A stretch of DNA of 64,000 nucleotides from Eledone cirrhosa (GCA_964016885.1 OZ024742.1:222270001-222334000); one strand, 5' to 3'. Shown: positions 1-12,187, counted from the first letter of the stretch. Made by a program: numbers and translations. The notes: generated by a model not told the origin, from the letters alone.

Positions 1-4
1 CCTC

Positions 5-1189
5 TTGTATGCAGATGATTGCGATCTTGTAGCGCACACAGAGAGTGATATGCAGCACATTTTGAATGTATTTTCTGACGCTTGCACTGCCCTGGGTTTG
101 ACTGTCAGTCTCAAGAAAACCGTCGTCATGTACCAACCTGCCCCTGGTAGGCAGTACACTGAACCAAACATCTATGTGTATGGCAAACGACTTGGAGTGG
201 TTGATCAGTTTGTCTACCTGGGAAGCACTGTCAATCGATACGGCAACCTTGACAGTGAAATCTCACTTAGGATTAGGAAAGCAAGTGATGCTTTCGGAAA
301 GCTAGAAAGGCGACTCTGGGGTCGGCGAGACATATGCAGGAGGACAAAGGTAAAGGTGTACAGGGCATGTGTACTCTCTTGTCTTCTTTATGCCTGCGAG
401 ACCTGGGTCACATATCGACGCCACCTTAAGCAATTGGAGCGTTTCCATCAGATGTGTCTCAGACGGATCCATGGCGTTCACTGGAGGGACCACATCAGTG
501 ATGTCGAGATTTTGGAAAGCTCTATGTGTGACAGTATAGAAGCTCTTGTGCTTAAGCAGCGACTCCGTTGGAGTGGTCACCTTGCCAGGATGAAGGATTC
601 TAGAATACCAAAACAACTCTGCTATGGAGAGTTGGTTAAAGGAAAACGACCGCCACATAAACCAAAAAAGAGGTATAAGGATTCCTTGAAAGCCTCTCTG
701 AAAGACGCTAACATCTCTGCTGATACATGGGAAAATATTGCTGCTGATCGTAATAAATGGAGAAAGACTGTATATGAGGGAAAAGTTGCCTTTGAGGCAT
801 CTCGAATCGCACACGAGAAAGTAAAGCGGGACGTGAGGAAGGGCATTGCTGTTGCACTTCCAGACGGCGAGGGTCCTCCTATGTTTCTGACATGCAGCGT
901 CTGTGCGAGACTCTGCCTAAGCAAAGCTGGACTCGAAAGTCATCTTCGCAGTCATAAAGTAAGACCAGTGGTTGACTACCAGACTGCTGTTGGAGATGCT
1001 ACTCATCATGCTTGCCAAACATGTGGTAGAGAATGTAAATCAGCAGGAGGACTCAAGCGACATGCAAAAGTACACGAACTCCAACCACAGCCGACTATTC
1101 CCAGTAAATGTTTTGGTTGCCGACTCTGTGCAAGACATTTTAGATCATTGGCTGGGCTAAAAAGCCACATTCGATCGCAGCACTGTTAG
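5..1189 (+). CDS. RTE-clade non-LTR retrotransposon ORF, C-terminal part (RT motif YADD, thumb region, three C2H2 zinc fingers); runs in from the window edge
   Basis: Uninterrupted 394-aa frame. It contains LYADD, GLTVSLKKTVVM, FVYLGS, LLYACETW, LRWSGHLARM..RIPKQLCYGEL and GKRPPHKPKKRYKD, typical of RTE/BovB-like ORFs. It ends with CSVC..HLRSH, CQTC..HAKVH and CRLC..HIRSQH. Confidence 0.93.
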   Translation: MYADDCDLVAHTESDMQHILNVFSDACTALGLTVSLKKTVVMYQPAPGRQYTEPNIYVYGKRLGVVDQFVYLGSTVNRYGNLDSEISLRIRKASDAFGKLERRLWGRRDICRRTKVKVYRACVLSCLLYACETWVTYRRHLKQLERFHQMCLRRIHGVHWRDHISDVEILESSMCDSIEALVLKQRLRWSGHLARMKDSRIPKQLCYGELVKGKRPPHKPKKRYKDSLKASLKDANISADTWENIAADRNKWRKTVYEGKVAFEASRIAHEKVKRDVRKGIAVALPDGEGPPMFLTCSVCARLCLSKAGLESHLRSHKVRPVVDYQTAVGDATHHACQTCGRECKSAGGLKRHAKVHELQPQPTIPSKCFGCRLCARHFRSLAGLKSHIRSQHC

Positions 1190-1304
1190 TTGCTATCGTG
1201 TGTGTGTGTGTGTGTGTGTAGATATGCTTATGTGCGTGCGTGTGTGTGTATATATATATGAATATGTATATTATTATTGTTGTTGTCGTTATTATTATTA
1301 TTGC

Positions 1305-1338
<34 letters not shown>

Positions 1339-1470
1339 GTTATTAATGTATGTGTGTATATATGTGTGAGTGTATGTGTATGTATGTGTGTGTGTATATA
1401 TGTATGTATGTATATGTATGTATGTGTGTGTGTGTATATATATGTGTATATATATATATATGTATATATA

Positions 1471-1505
<35 letters not shown>

Positions 1506-1657
1506 CTTTTCCCTTTTTTTTTTTTTAAATTTATTTATTATTATTATTATTATTATTTTTTTATTATTATTTTTATTTTTTTTATTTTTATTTTTTTTAT
1601 TTTTTTTTTTTCTTGTGCAATGGCCATACTCGATAACGAGGGGGCAGCCATCATCAT
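1190..1657 (+). mobile_element. RTE 3' UTR expanded by microsatellites, ending in a small stem-loop and (CAT)n tail
   Basis: After the stop codon come (TG)n/(TA)n/(ATT)n runs, then TGGCCATACTCGATAACGAGGGGGCAGCCATCATCAT (1621-1657) with hairpin CTCG-ATAA-CGAG, resembling RTE 3' termini. Confidence 0.6.
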
Positions 1658-1925
1658 GTATATATGTATGCATGCATGTATGTATATGTATGTGTATGTA
1701 TGTATGCATGCATGCATGCATGTATAAATGTATGCATGTATGTATGTATGTATATATGTATGTATGTATGCATGTATTTATGTATGTATATGTATGTGTG
1801 TGTATGTGTGTGTGTATATATGTATGTATGCATGTATGTATGCATGTATGTATGTATATGTACGTGTGTGTATGCGTGTGTGTATGTATGTATGTGTGTG
1901 TGTGTAAATGTGTATGTTTATATTT
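1658..1925. repeat. (TATG/CATG/TG)n compound microsatellite
   Basis: Directly visible simple repeats. Confidence 0.95.
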
Positions 1926-2364
1926 ACTGTTTGTTTATGTCACATAACTTAGTGGGTCAAGAAAAATAAAGACGTTTGAGAAAATATAAAGCAGATTTAG
2001 AAAAAAATTAATATATACACTGAGTATTAGTTAAATCACTTTAAGGTGGTGCACCAGCATGGCCACATTCTAATGACTGAAATCAGTAAAATAAAATAAA
2101 ATAAAAAGAATACAAGAAAGAATATATATGCACGTGTGTGTGAGTGCATGTGTGTGTATATGTATGTAGAAGTGGGCGTGTGTGTGTATCCATGTAGGAG
2201 TGTGCATCGTGTGTGTGGTGTGTGTGTGTATGTGTCTGAGTGTGTGTGTGTTAATGTTTACTCCTTGTTTGTGACCCATGAATTAGCAGTTTGACAAAAA
2301 AACTTCTAAGGTTGATATGAACAACTAAATCCTTCCAAGGTGGTGTCTCACACTAACAACTTTA

Positions 2365-2885
2365 TACCAGTAAACCAATAATCCAGTAAACCAGTATACC
2401 AGTATAGCACTAAACCAATAATCCAGTAGACCAGTAAGCCAGTATACCAGTGAACCAGTGAACCAGTATACCAGTGAACCAGTGTACTAGTAAGCCAGTA
2501 TGCCAGTGAACCAGTATACCAGGAAGCCAATGTACTAGTGACCCAGTATACCAGTAAACCAGTATACCAGTGAACCAGTATACCAGTATATCAGTATACG
2601 AGTATCCCAGTAAACCAGTATACCAGTATACCAGTGAACGAGTAAACCAGTATACCAGTGAACCAGTATATAAGTAAACCAGTATACCAGTATACCAGTG
2701 AGCCAGTATACCAGTATACCAGTGAACCAGTGAACCAGTATACCAGTGAACCAGTATACCAATATGCCAGTATACCAATATGCCAGTATACCAGTAAACC
2801 AATATACTAGTGAACCAGTATAACAGTATACCAGTGAACCAGTATACCAGTATACCAATAAACCAGTAAACCAATGAACCAATAA
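2365..2885. repeat. 8-bp-unit minisatellite (CCAGTATA / CCAGTGAA / CCAGTAAA variants)
   Basis: About 60 interleaved octamer variants. These explain the repetitive W/Y-T-G ORFs on the minus strand. Confidence 0.92.
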
Positions 2886-3075
2886 AACACCTTCTCTATT
2901 CTGTCCACCAGGGCTGCAGGGTGGCCAGTTCGCCACGGCCACATGGTGGCCAGCACACGAACCCCCCATTTCCTCACAATAGTGAGAGATGGGGAGAGCG
3001 AGAGAGACAGTGTCAGTGGGGGTTTGGTTCTTTTGTGTTTGGGCCTGGTGTATGTATGTGCATACAAGAAAGAGA
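2884..3075 (+). mobile_element. 3' fragment of a CRE-like (RLE) non-LTR element; homologous to 49245-49410 on the minus strand
   Basis: AAACACCTTCTCTATTCTGTCCACCAGGGCTGCAGGGTGGCCAG...CCCATTTCCTCACAATAGTGA...GTTTGGTTCTTTTGTGTTTGGGCCTGGT aligns by eye with the reverse complement of 49260-49410. Confidence 0.6.
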
Positions 3076-3351
3076 GAATGAGTATCTGGTAGTATCTTGT
3101 ATGAAACCTGAGGAATATTATCACGTGTGCTTCCATTCTCTTTAAAGTAAAAAATTTGAACAATATTGAATGCAATATTTTTTCAAGCTCTCAACATTAT
3201 CAGTTCAAATCTATACTAGACCACCCATGGGTGACGTTCATTTCAAAATAATTTTTTAAAAATCATGTTTACTTAAAAATAATTTTTAAACAATTAAGAT
3301 ATACACAGACATGTATATAATGTGAAATGAAACTGGAAGGCCCATATATCA

Positions 3352-3694
3352 TCATTCATCATCATTTCATTTTTACGTCCGCTTTTTCCCTGCTTGCAAG
3401 GGTGGGACGGCAACTAATGCTGGCTTGATTTCTACAGCTGGATGCCCTTCCTAACACCAACCTCATTTACAGTGAGTGGTGGGTGCTTTTTTGCCGTGGC
3501 GCCACCACGACCACTTTGCAGTGGTATGATATGGACCCCAGTCCATATCATCTCATTTCTACAGCTGAATAAACTGGAGCAATGTGAAATAAAGTGTCTT
3601 GCTCAAGGAAACAACACATCACCCGGTCTGAGAATTGAACTCACAACCTTTCGATTGCAAGGCCAATGCTCTAACCACTAAGCCATGTACCTCC
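3352..3694 (-). mobile_element. tRNA-derived SINE, family A ((ATG)n tail)
   Basis: Minus-strand head GGAGGTACATGGCTTAGTGGTTAGAGC...GAGTTCAATTC carries pol III A and B boxes. Near-identical copies lie at 58228-58574 (-) and 61339-61630 (+). Confidence 0.85.
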
Positions 3695-4704
3695 ATTATA
3701 TATATATATATACGTGTGTGAGTGTATATATAAATGTGTGTGTGTGTGTAAACATATATAACCCTTGCAAGCAGGGAAAAGCGGACATAAAATGATGATG
3801 ATGATGATGTGTGTGTGTATATATATATATATATATGTGGGTGTCTGTGATCTATATACACACACACATATATATATACATGCACACTCATATATATACA
3901 CAACAACACCACCAGCTCTCTCTCTACCATTCTCCTTCTCTGTCTCCTCTCCCTCTCTCTCTCTTTCAATCTACTCTGTCACAACCACTGTCTCTTCCTC
4001 TCTATCTCTCTCTCTCTCTTTGTTTATGAAGGTACCCGGAAAAAACCCACATCTTGGGAACCTGTGGTACGATTTACGCGAAACTTGTTTTATTCCATTT
4101 GTATTCCCATTTTAGGATCAACTTCCTTTCAAAGTATTTTCCCATTATGCACCATTTGACAAGCAAGCAAGTAATCACAAACTTTTAGTATTATATAGAT
4201 GTATCTATGTATGTATAAAGCTGTCTCCTATGCAAAAAAATAAACCAGTATACAAGAAAAATTAGAAAATACAAAAACTACTATACCAATGAACCAGTAA
4301 ACCAGAACAAGTGTAACCTAAACTTACTGCTGTGTCATTTGATTTAAGTTCAAAGGTCAGCCAGAAAATGACAAAATAACCAAATAAATGACTGATTAAT
4401 ACAATTATCTTATGTTCAATCATCATCATCGTCAATATTATTATAATCAATTAATTAGGTGACAACAGTGCAGTTTATCTGTCATTATCCAATAGTATTA
4501 TAGGACAACAGGGCTGGCTGGTTTATCAATTCTGACTGATTTAAAGCCAAACAGCTGACAAATTCATGTGTGACCTCTGAACTCTGAATTAACAATTAAC
4601 ACAGACTGAATGGAAACTAAGTAACTACAGTAAGAAAATAGATTATTTAATTAATTAAATAATTAATTAGTCTGGTAATTAATTTCACAGCTGGTCTGTC
4701 TGTG

Positions 4705-5055
4705 CTGGACCTCCGTCAGTTCTAACAATGAATTTTCTAGTTCATTTGATCAACAGAACAGCCTCATGATATTAACATGTAAGTGACTGGGCATTTCACT
4801 GACGTGTGTACTCTTACTGTGATTTTCAGGGAAATTCAGGGACACAGTGTGTGACACAGGGTGTGACTAAGGCTGTGACAAAGCTGGCTCTTTGAATCAC
4901 AAGTACAACTCATTTTTCCAAGCTGATTGGCCTGGAACAACATGAAATAAAGTGTCTTGCTCAAGGACACAACATGCCATCCAGTCAGGGAATCAAACTC
5001 ACGATCTGTTAGATTGTAAACCAAACACTTCAACCACTAAGCTACACACCTTCAC
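4705..5055 (-). mobile_element. tRNA-derived SINE, family B
   Basis: Shares the GAAATAAAGTGTCTTGCTCAAGG core with family A but has a different 3' body. Related copies lie at 31005-31305 and 48865-49050, with partial + copies near 6820-7100 and 26210-26770. Confidence 0.7.
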
Positions 5056-5729
5056 ACAGTTGTTATATTGGTATAAAGAGGGTATAAAGAGTCATTAGAG
5101 TGTCAGATTAAATGCCTCTGTATTTGTTCTGGTTCACAGTAATCTGAGTTCAAATACTATAGAGGTCAAATTTGCTTTTTATCCTTTTGAGGTTGATAAA
5201 AAAGGTATCAGTCAATACTGGAGTTGATCTGTCTAACCCATGCTAGTGGAAAATAGTTGTTAAACAATGATGTTGATGATGATGATGATGATGATGATGA
5301 TACTTCCTCTATATCTCTTTATAAGTTTTTTTCATTCTCTCTTCTCTGGAAGAAATTAGTTATGTTCAGACTTGGAGAGGATGGGTTTTGCCAGGTTTAA
5401 ACTATCCAAGATATGACATGTCAAGATGGCAACCCTACAACTCCATCAGGAGGTAAAAGACCTTTTCCCTATTTTTTTCTATATTGGTACAAAAGGTGAC
5501 AAATTGGCAGAGTTGTTAGAGTTAGATAGAAGACTGCAGCATTTGTTCCAGCTCCCTTTGATCTGAGCTCAAATTCTGTTGAGGTCAACTTTGCCTTTCA
5601 TCCTTTTGTGATCAATAAATAAATACCAGTCCTATATTGGGGATGACTCTCCCACTACCGACCTCCCCAACTCTCTGGAATAAATTGGCTTTTCAGACAT
5701 GGAAGGGGATGTGCTCCTTCGAGTTTAAA

Positions 5730-6140
5730 TGCCTAAGACACATGTCATGATGGTGTCCCTACAACTCCCCAATACTTTCATGGACCACCCAAGACACATG
5801 TCCCGATGGTGTCCCTATGGCTCCCTGACACTTTTAGAGACCACCAAGATACATGTCCTGATAGTATCCCTACAACTCCCCGACATATTCAAAGCCTACT
5901 CAAGACACATTCTCGATGGTGTCCCTATGATTCCTTGACATGTTCAGGGCCCACCCAAGACACATGTCCTGATCATATCCCTACAACTCCATGTGTTCAG
6001 CACTCTGAAGACCCATGTCCTGATCATGTCCCAAGACTTGTTCTGATCGTGCCCCAATGACTCCATAATAAGTTCAGGTCTCATCCAAGATATATGTCAT
6101 GATGGCATTCCTATTACTCTATGACTAGTTCAAGGCCCGT
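5730..6140. repeat. Degenerate ~59-bp minisatellite (CCAAGACACATGTCCTGATGGTGTCCCTACAACTCC...)
   Basis: About 7 diverged copies, plus an orphan unit near 5405-5445. Confidence 0.8.
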
Positions 6141-8685
6141 GAAGAGAGTTCCATGTCCATTCACCTTCACAAGTGTTGTCTGTTTTCAATGAAATAATTG
6201 ATACATAAACCTCCAATCCTCCTTACTGCCTTAATCCAGTGAAACTTAAATGTAAATGCCTATGATAGTTGGAAGAAGAGAAGTCTGCACCATCACTGGA
6301 TTGGTACTTTTTCTATTGACCTTCCAAGATATATAACAGTGTGGTGTCAGCATGATTTGAACACAGAGCACTGAGATCTGGAACAAATATCGAATGCTCT
6401 AATGACTCAGTCGACTGCCTATAGAAACGTTTCTAAAGACTCTAAAATTACACTAATTCTTTCAGCATCAATAGAACACATGCCAAAAAAGGTTGAAAAG
6501 ACCCTTCAGTTATAGCTCAATAACATATCTAGTGTTAGTACTATGAAAATGCACCCCCTGTAAAGTGGTTGGTGATAGGAGAAGCATCCAACCATAAAAA
6601 AACTTGCAAGAGAGCTCTTCAGTTACATCAAAGACATGACAATTTCATTAGTTCAGATGCTGTGATAAAACATACCCAGTACATTCTGTGATGCAGTCAT
6701 AGTATTGTTTTGGACTTTTCAAGAATGTCTTGCTAATGAGGTTTCATGTGGTGCAGGACGTTAAGACTTAAGTTGTATGCTATTGCTGTTATTCATACAC
6801 CATACATTATCCTGGACATAGCATGGCCAAATGGTGAAGAAGTTTGCATTGCAATCATTAGGTCCTGGTTCGATCCCCTGTGTGGAACCTTGAGCAAGCA
6901 CCACTTACCATAACCTTAGGTTGACCTATGCCTTGTGAATGAATTTGGGAAGGTGGAATTTATGTGTAAGCCTGTCAATTAGATTATACATGTAATTCAA
7001 ATGGTTAGTCTTGTTACACACTGTGTTACACTGAATCTCCCTGAGGATTGCGTTATGGATACACATGTCTGTGGAATACTCAGCCATTTATAATATAACA
7101 CAAGAAAGACTATACTTGTATTACTAAGAAGTGGAGAGACAGTAACAAGATTCGCTTGACAGTAGACATGCAAAACGTAAACAGAACAATCAAGCAATCC
7201 CACTACACCATTCTGTCAGTAGTAGAGTTCCGCTACTCTTTAAATAGAGCTTAACACTTGACAAAACGAGATCTGAATCATGCCTTCCACCAAATGTCCC
7301 TCAATAAGCAATCAAGGCACTTGACAAACTTTCACACTCCAGTTATGGCTGCGACCAGTTATGGCTGCTTCACCTGCGAGTGAGGAATTCCACGAGGAAC
7401 TACGTCGAGCCGTTTGTAATTTACCAGGACATATTCAATACATGGTAGAGACCAGAAAGACATAATAAGTATTTAAGAATAGTGATTCAATGATAAATGT
7501 TTCACTCCGCGTGGAGACAAATGTGAGTGGAACAAATCAAAAGTACTTTATTTTGGCTACAACTTCTCAGCGAAAGACACGTTGGCGGACTCTGCCAAAG
7601 TGGCAACAATTACCAAACTCATTAGCCCGAAATCGGCAGCCGGGGGGAATTTTTTTCTATAAAATTTGCCAATATAACACATATTTCATCGGTCAAACAG
7701 ATGTAAAAACATTCAGGGACACGACTGCACCCTTTCGTGCTTTGTTGAAAAAGGGGAAGAGATTTAAATGGACTGATGAATGTAAATCAGCAGTACTAAA
7801 GCTGAAATCTGCCCTTGCAAACGAAAAAGAAATAGGCGTTTTTTCACCTGAACTTGAAACGCAACTCGTAATAAATAGAGGCCGATGTGAAACTGCAACA
7901 GTTATGCAGCATGACTCACAAACAAATGAATAAAGACCTATCAACTACGCAAGTTGATCACTGTCTTCGTCAGAGATGTTTCTCTATGGGATATCGTTTA
8001 CCGTAATCACTGACCACCAGCCGCTCCTCTCCTTGTATTACACCCAAAGAGGTAATGAACCAGCTCACATCAACAATCACCGGATAAAGCTATAAGGCTT
8101 TTATTTTGTTGTTAAGTGTGATCCTGAGCGGTTCAATGTCTGCTACTACCAAAGTCGCCACCAATTACCTCTCTACAACTTCTCGGATAGAGATAAGGAG
8201 GAACTTGGAATTGAGGATGACAGTAAATACTACACCAGGCCATCATTACTAATGACCTTCCAGATGGGTTTACCCTAGAAATGTTAAAAAGGGAAACTAA
8301 CGATAATAACACCCTAGATATGCTTAAAGCTGACATGTTGAAGGGTACCCGCTAAGAAAGACCAGCAGTACAACCTTTTAGACACATGTTTACGGAACTG
8401 TCAATTGCTAAATTACTAGTTCTCAGGGACACTAGCATTGTTATCCCTAAGAAGCTAGAAGCTGATGTTATTGTTCTTGCTCAGGAAGAGCACCTGGGAC
8501 TAACAAAAACAAAACAATACCTGAGAAGCAGAGTCTGGTTCCCCAATATAGACAAATTGGCCGAAGAATTTGTCAAAAGTTGTAAAGCTTGTTGAGCCGC
8601 AAGTTTTCAGCATCACAACGAACTATTAAAACCAAGTTCCTATACAGAAAGGTCATGGCACTATTTGTGCATGGACTTTAACGCA

Positions 8686-8842
8686 GGCATGTCAAACCGA
8701 AGGTCCACAGAGGGCCACATGGGATACATATGTGTTGTCTGAGGGCCACACACGACAACTAATTGCACACATTACCACTAATTTTACGAAGATAAAACAT
8801 GCTCGCGTTATGCTTGTAAAAGGCCGCATGCAAAATGTTTTA
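8686..8842 (+). mobile_element. hAT-like DNA transposon end fragment inside the Gypsy integrase
   Basis: Begins CAGGCATGTCAAAC...GAGGGCCACA, resembling Charlie-type termini, and interrupts the integrase reading. A similar end lies at 30194-30260. Confidence 0.4.
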
Positions 8843-9074
8843 CCACCTCGATGAACCACTTGATTTTGAAGCTTCACAGTTTTATGCGCCAACGGTATTT
8901 CAGGTGTGATAAAAAGTGATAATGGATCCTCTTTCCAGGAAGAGGAATTCGGAAAATATGCCAAACGGTAATGTTTCGTATACAGACGAATTAAATCAGA
9001 ACTCAGAACCCTGAGAGCAATGGACTGGCCGAAAACTTTATGCGTATATTGGGCAAAATATCCCTCACTGCATA

Positions 9075-9260
9075 TAATTGTTTCTACTTTAGGCACAAGG
9101 CCAGCAATTACCCAGTGCATTACTGGTACTTTATTTTATCGACCCCGTAAGGATGAAAGGCAAAGTTAACTTCGGCGGGATTTGAACTCAGTCCATAAAG
9201 GGACGTAACTGTGCTACAAAGCATGGCGTCCGACCCTCTACCAATACTGCCAATCCACCG
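9075..9260 (-). mobile_element. SINE family C (Deu/Nin-like core) nested in the Gypsy integrase
   Basis: Reverse complement reads GTGGATTGGCAGTATTGGTAGAG...GAGTTCAAATCCCGCCG...GCCTTTCATCCTTACGGGGTCGATAAAATAAAGTACCAG...GTAGAAACAATTA. Confidence 0.88.
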
Positions 9261-10639
9261 TAATGAGGGATAAAACCCCAAACAAGCAGTGCACAGCTTT
9301 TTGCTGAATCACTGTGCAACTCGACACAGTACGACAGGTGTCAGCCCAGCTGAAAGCCTTTTTAATCACACAATATCAACCAAAGGGCCTAACGTGAAAC
9401 CAGCATTAACAGGAGCCTCAGACAATCAAATCATCCAGTGTGATTCAGCCCCCCCCCCCCCCAAAAAGAAATTGTTTGATAAACGAAACCTTGCAACTGA
9501 GCATCAGATAAATGTAGACAACCAGGAGCTCTTAAGACAGAGAAAGTCAACAACCAGCCCTCCATTCGACTCTCTGCACTTCCCAGTCAAGGCTCAATGA
9601 TCACAGCACAACGGGTCAGTCAGAAACTCACCCATGATGCATTCCAATGGAAATGTGACCCTGCCAATTACAAACCATCCGCAGGAAGCAGAAACACAGC
9701 CTGCTAATACATCAACTGATCTCAATCAGCGAGGTGTGCCAGAACTTCGATGCAGCAGTAGAAATCGTCGCTTACTTAAGCGACTATGTTCAGAACTGAG
9801 ATGGTTAGAGGTGTGATATTCTGACCTATGTTTCTATTGTTTTTTTCAGAAGTATGGTGTTTTCTGCCCGGGGTGGGGATGAGAAGGTCCAGGGCTGCGC
9901 TGGGACATAAGGCGGAGGGGGGGGGTTAGAGATGATATAATAGTATGTTAAATATCAAATGATACATATATATATATAAATATAGTAAAATAAAAAATAT
10001 ATATTATATTATTTATTATATATAAATTAACGATTTTATTTATTATATATTATTGACAATTTGTGTGTAGGCAGGTCTCCCTGGAAATAGGGTTGGGGGC
10101 GCTGAGGGTATTACGCGGCTGTGAGGGGGTGGTGGCCCCAAAAGTTTGAGAACCTCCGTACTGCACATGACAGGAACTAGTAACACTTATAAATGGTTGT
10201 CTCCTGTAATTTGAATTGATAGTTTCTTGCCTTGATGTTCCCCGTAGTGCCTCCCGACACTTGATACGTTACGTTTATTCTGGTGCCCCCTTAATAAACG
10301 GACTATATTACCTGGATAACAATTTAGTTGGGGGAAGAAGACTCCTGACCGGAGGGAAAAAATTCTTCTGACTATTGGGATAAGTACCCATAACTCATGG
10401 CTGGAAGGAAAAGGACTCGTATTCATGTGGCAGCGAGAAAGGTATTTGGAATCACGAGCTAGTGACAGCCTCACCGAACAAAGCCTCCTCTTACAAAGGA
10501 AAATACAGAGCGAGAATAAGGGTTACTGGTAATTTCGTTAATGGACCGGAAAAGAACATGGACATGACAAACTTGCCGATTAGATCTATCACACAGGTGA
10601 GGAATGTTTGGCACACTATATGAAGATGGTAAGAAGAAT

Positions 10640-11478
10640 GTGACAGGAGGCAAAAACAGGGGAAGACGCCTCATAGAAGAGGTGAAGAGGGAGAAGGTGT
10701 TGAGGAACAGATGGATTGAGGCAAGTAAATTATAAAAGGCACCCTTGAAATTGCTGCACAATGATGTTAAGAAGCGCCTCTGCCAGCTGGATTGAGGGAA
10801 GAAAGAAAAGAAAACGGTCCAGGCGGCAGTGACGAAAGAGGTTCATTGAAGATCCTTACATGTATGCTAACGGGCTGTTCCAGGAGAGCGGAAATGGTGA
10901 TCTGACATGCAGCAAGGAAGAACTGGAGTCTCACTTGAGCAGTGCGTATATTGATAATCTCCGAGATATCCCTATGCCACCAATTCAGGGGATATCAAAG
11001 CCAACAGCACCCGGAGTACAATTTGACCTTGGTGACCTTCGAATAAAGGAAACCCGAGACGAGACTTCATCAGAAAAGAACAATCTAAGGATGTCGGGCC
11101 AGGATGGAGTGCTATACAAAGTCTACAAGAAATGTTTCACTGCGACCAACAGGCTGTTTCTCACTATTAGAAGAGCTTGGAAGGAGAAGCTGCTCGCAGA
11201 TCGCTGGGCAAGAGCGGAAGGCATTTACCTTCCCAAGGAGAACTCGTTAACACTTGACCAGTTTAAGCAAATTTCCTAAAACCTGCGGATGGGAGGCATC
11301 CTGTTTCCCGTTCGAGGTAGGAGTTAGAGGACATGTAGGAGCCAGGGTTGTCTCGCTCCCCAGGGGCCTTGGACTAGCGGCAAAGGAAAGGAAAGACCTT
11401 TCGAGTGCATAATCGGAGGCAGCTGAGACAGTGAGTTACTACATCTGGCTCAAAAGAGACGATGAATGGAGAGTCTGA
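10640..11478 (+). mobile_element. Internally deleted HERO-like (RLE-encoding) non-LTR retrotransposon
   Basis: The pre-RT and RT N-terminus (FIEDPY..GDLTCSKEELESHL..GQDGVLYKVYKKC..WARAEGIYLPKENS..QFKQIS) is joined at ~11280 to the RLE C-terminus (GWEASCFPFEVGVRGHVG..EAAETVSYYIWLKRDDEWRV*). Confidence 0.8.
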
Positions 11479-11686
11479 TACATTGAAGTGGATGGAGACG
11501 GCTCGCTCGGAGTCATAACAGGAAAGCCACAATCTTTCATCCTGTTCTGACGCGTTGGGGTGGACAGACTATGCTGTTGTGCAGAAGTTTCGTCACCTAC
11601 ATCGATAGGTGGGCCAGAGTAGCTCTGGTGTCGCGGTGGAATACACGTGTATGTGTGGGTGCGCGCGCGCGCGAGCGTGTCAGGTC

Positions 11687-11772
11687 GACATATCTATTAT
11701 GGATATGAGGTCAAGTAGACATATTTGTTATGGATATGAGGTCAAGTAGACATATTTGTTATGGATATGAGG
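11687..11772. repeat. 31-bp tandem repeat, ~2.8 copies
   Basis: GGATATGAGG recurs at 11701, 11732 and 11763. Confidence 0.9.
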
Positions 11773-12116
11773 ATATACATTTTTACGACGCCTCTAGTAG
11801 AACTTTAATTCTCACATTAGTAACAAATATGCAGAACAATAAAATATACACGAGAAGTAATATTTCAATCTTACGAAATATTGAAAGATGAAGTAAAATT
11901 AAGTCACTGTGAAATGCAGTTTAGTACCATGTTTATGTAGATTTTGAAATTGTTAAAATCGGTAAAATATTGACCTCGAATATAAGTTTTACCATCGATT
12001 TTTTGGTTACATATATGTGAGTATATACGGTATATTTTCAGTCTACTGTATCGTTTACTGTGTTGTTTTCCATGTAATTTTCACACACACACACATATAT
12101 ATATACTTATATATAT

Positions 12117-12187
12117 CGCCCAAATGTATACACATTTGCCTGTACAGGTAATAAAAGTGTGTATACATTTTTGGGGGGCACCCTGTA
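12117..12187. mobile_element. Short Tc1/mariner-type MITE (TIR TACAGGGTGCCCCCAAAAATGTATACAC)
   Basis: Imperfect inverted termini in a TA context. Relatives lie at ~16410-16477, 22210-22290 and 58116-58225. Confidence 0.6.

Larger units (their letters stand above)
7261..9600 (+). pseudogene. Decayed Ty3/Gypsy pol (RT, RNase H, integrase)
   Basis: Fragments in changing frames and in Gypsy domain order: DLNHAFHQMSL, TAPFRALLKKGKRFKWT, RPINYAS, FTVITDHQPLL, HLGLTKTKQYLRSRVWFPNIDKLAEEFVKSCKAC (HHCC), SDNGSSF, SNGLAENFMR, ATRHSTTGVSPAESLF. Many stops are present. Confidence 0.9.

Noticed and set aside
1140-1969. Long ORFs of Y/I/V/C/M residues (also 18291-18644, 33957-38221, 58706-60578)
   Set aside because: These are translations of microsatellites.
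2348-2969. Repetitive Trp-rich membrane-like ORFs
   Set aside because: These are translations of the 8-bp minisatellite.
7100-9900. LTR pair flanking the Gypsy pol
   Set aside because: No direct repeat, PBS or PPT could be identified on either side.
11585-11632. Minus-strand hairpin followed by GAAAC as a possible hammerhead in the HERO 3' UTR
   Set aside because: There is no CUGANGA upstream of the stem and no stem I.
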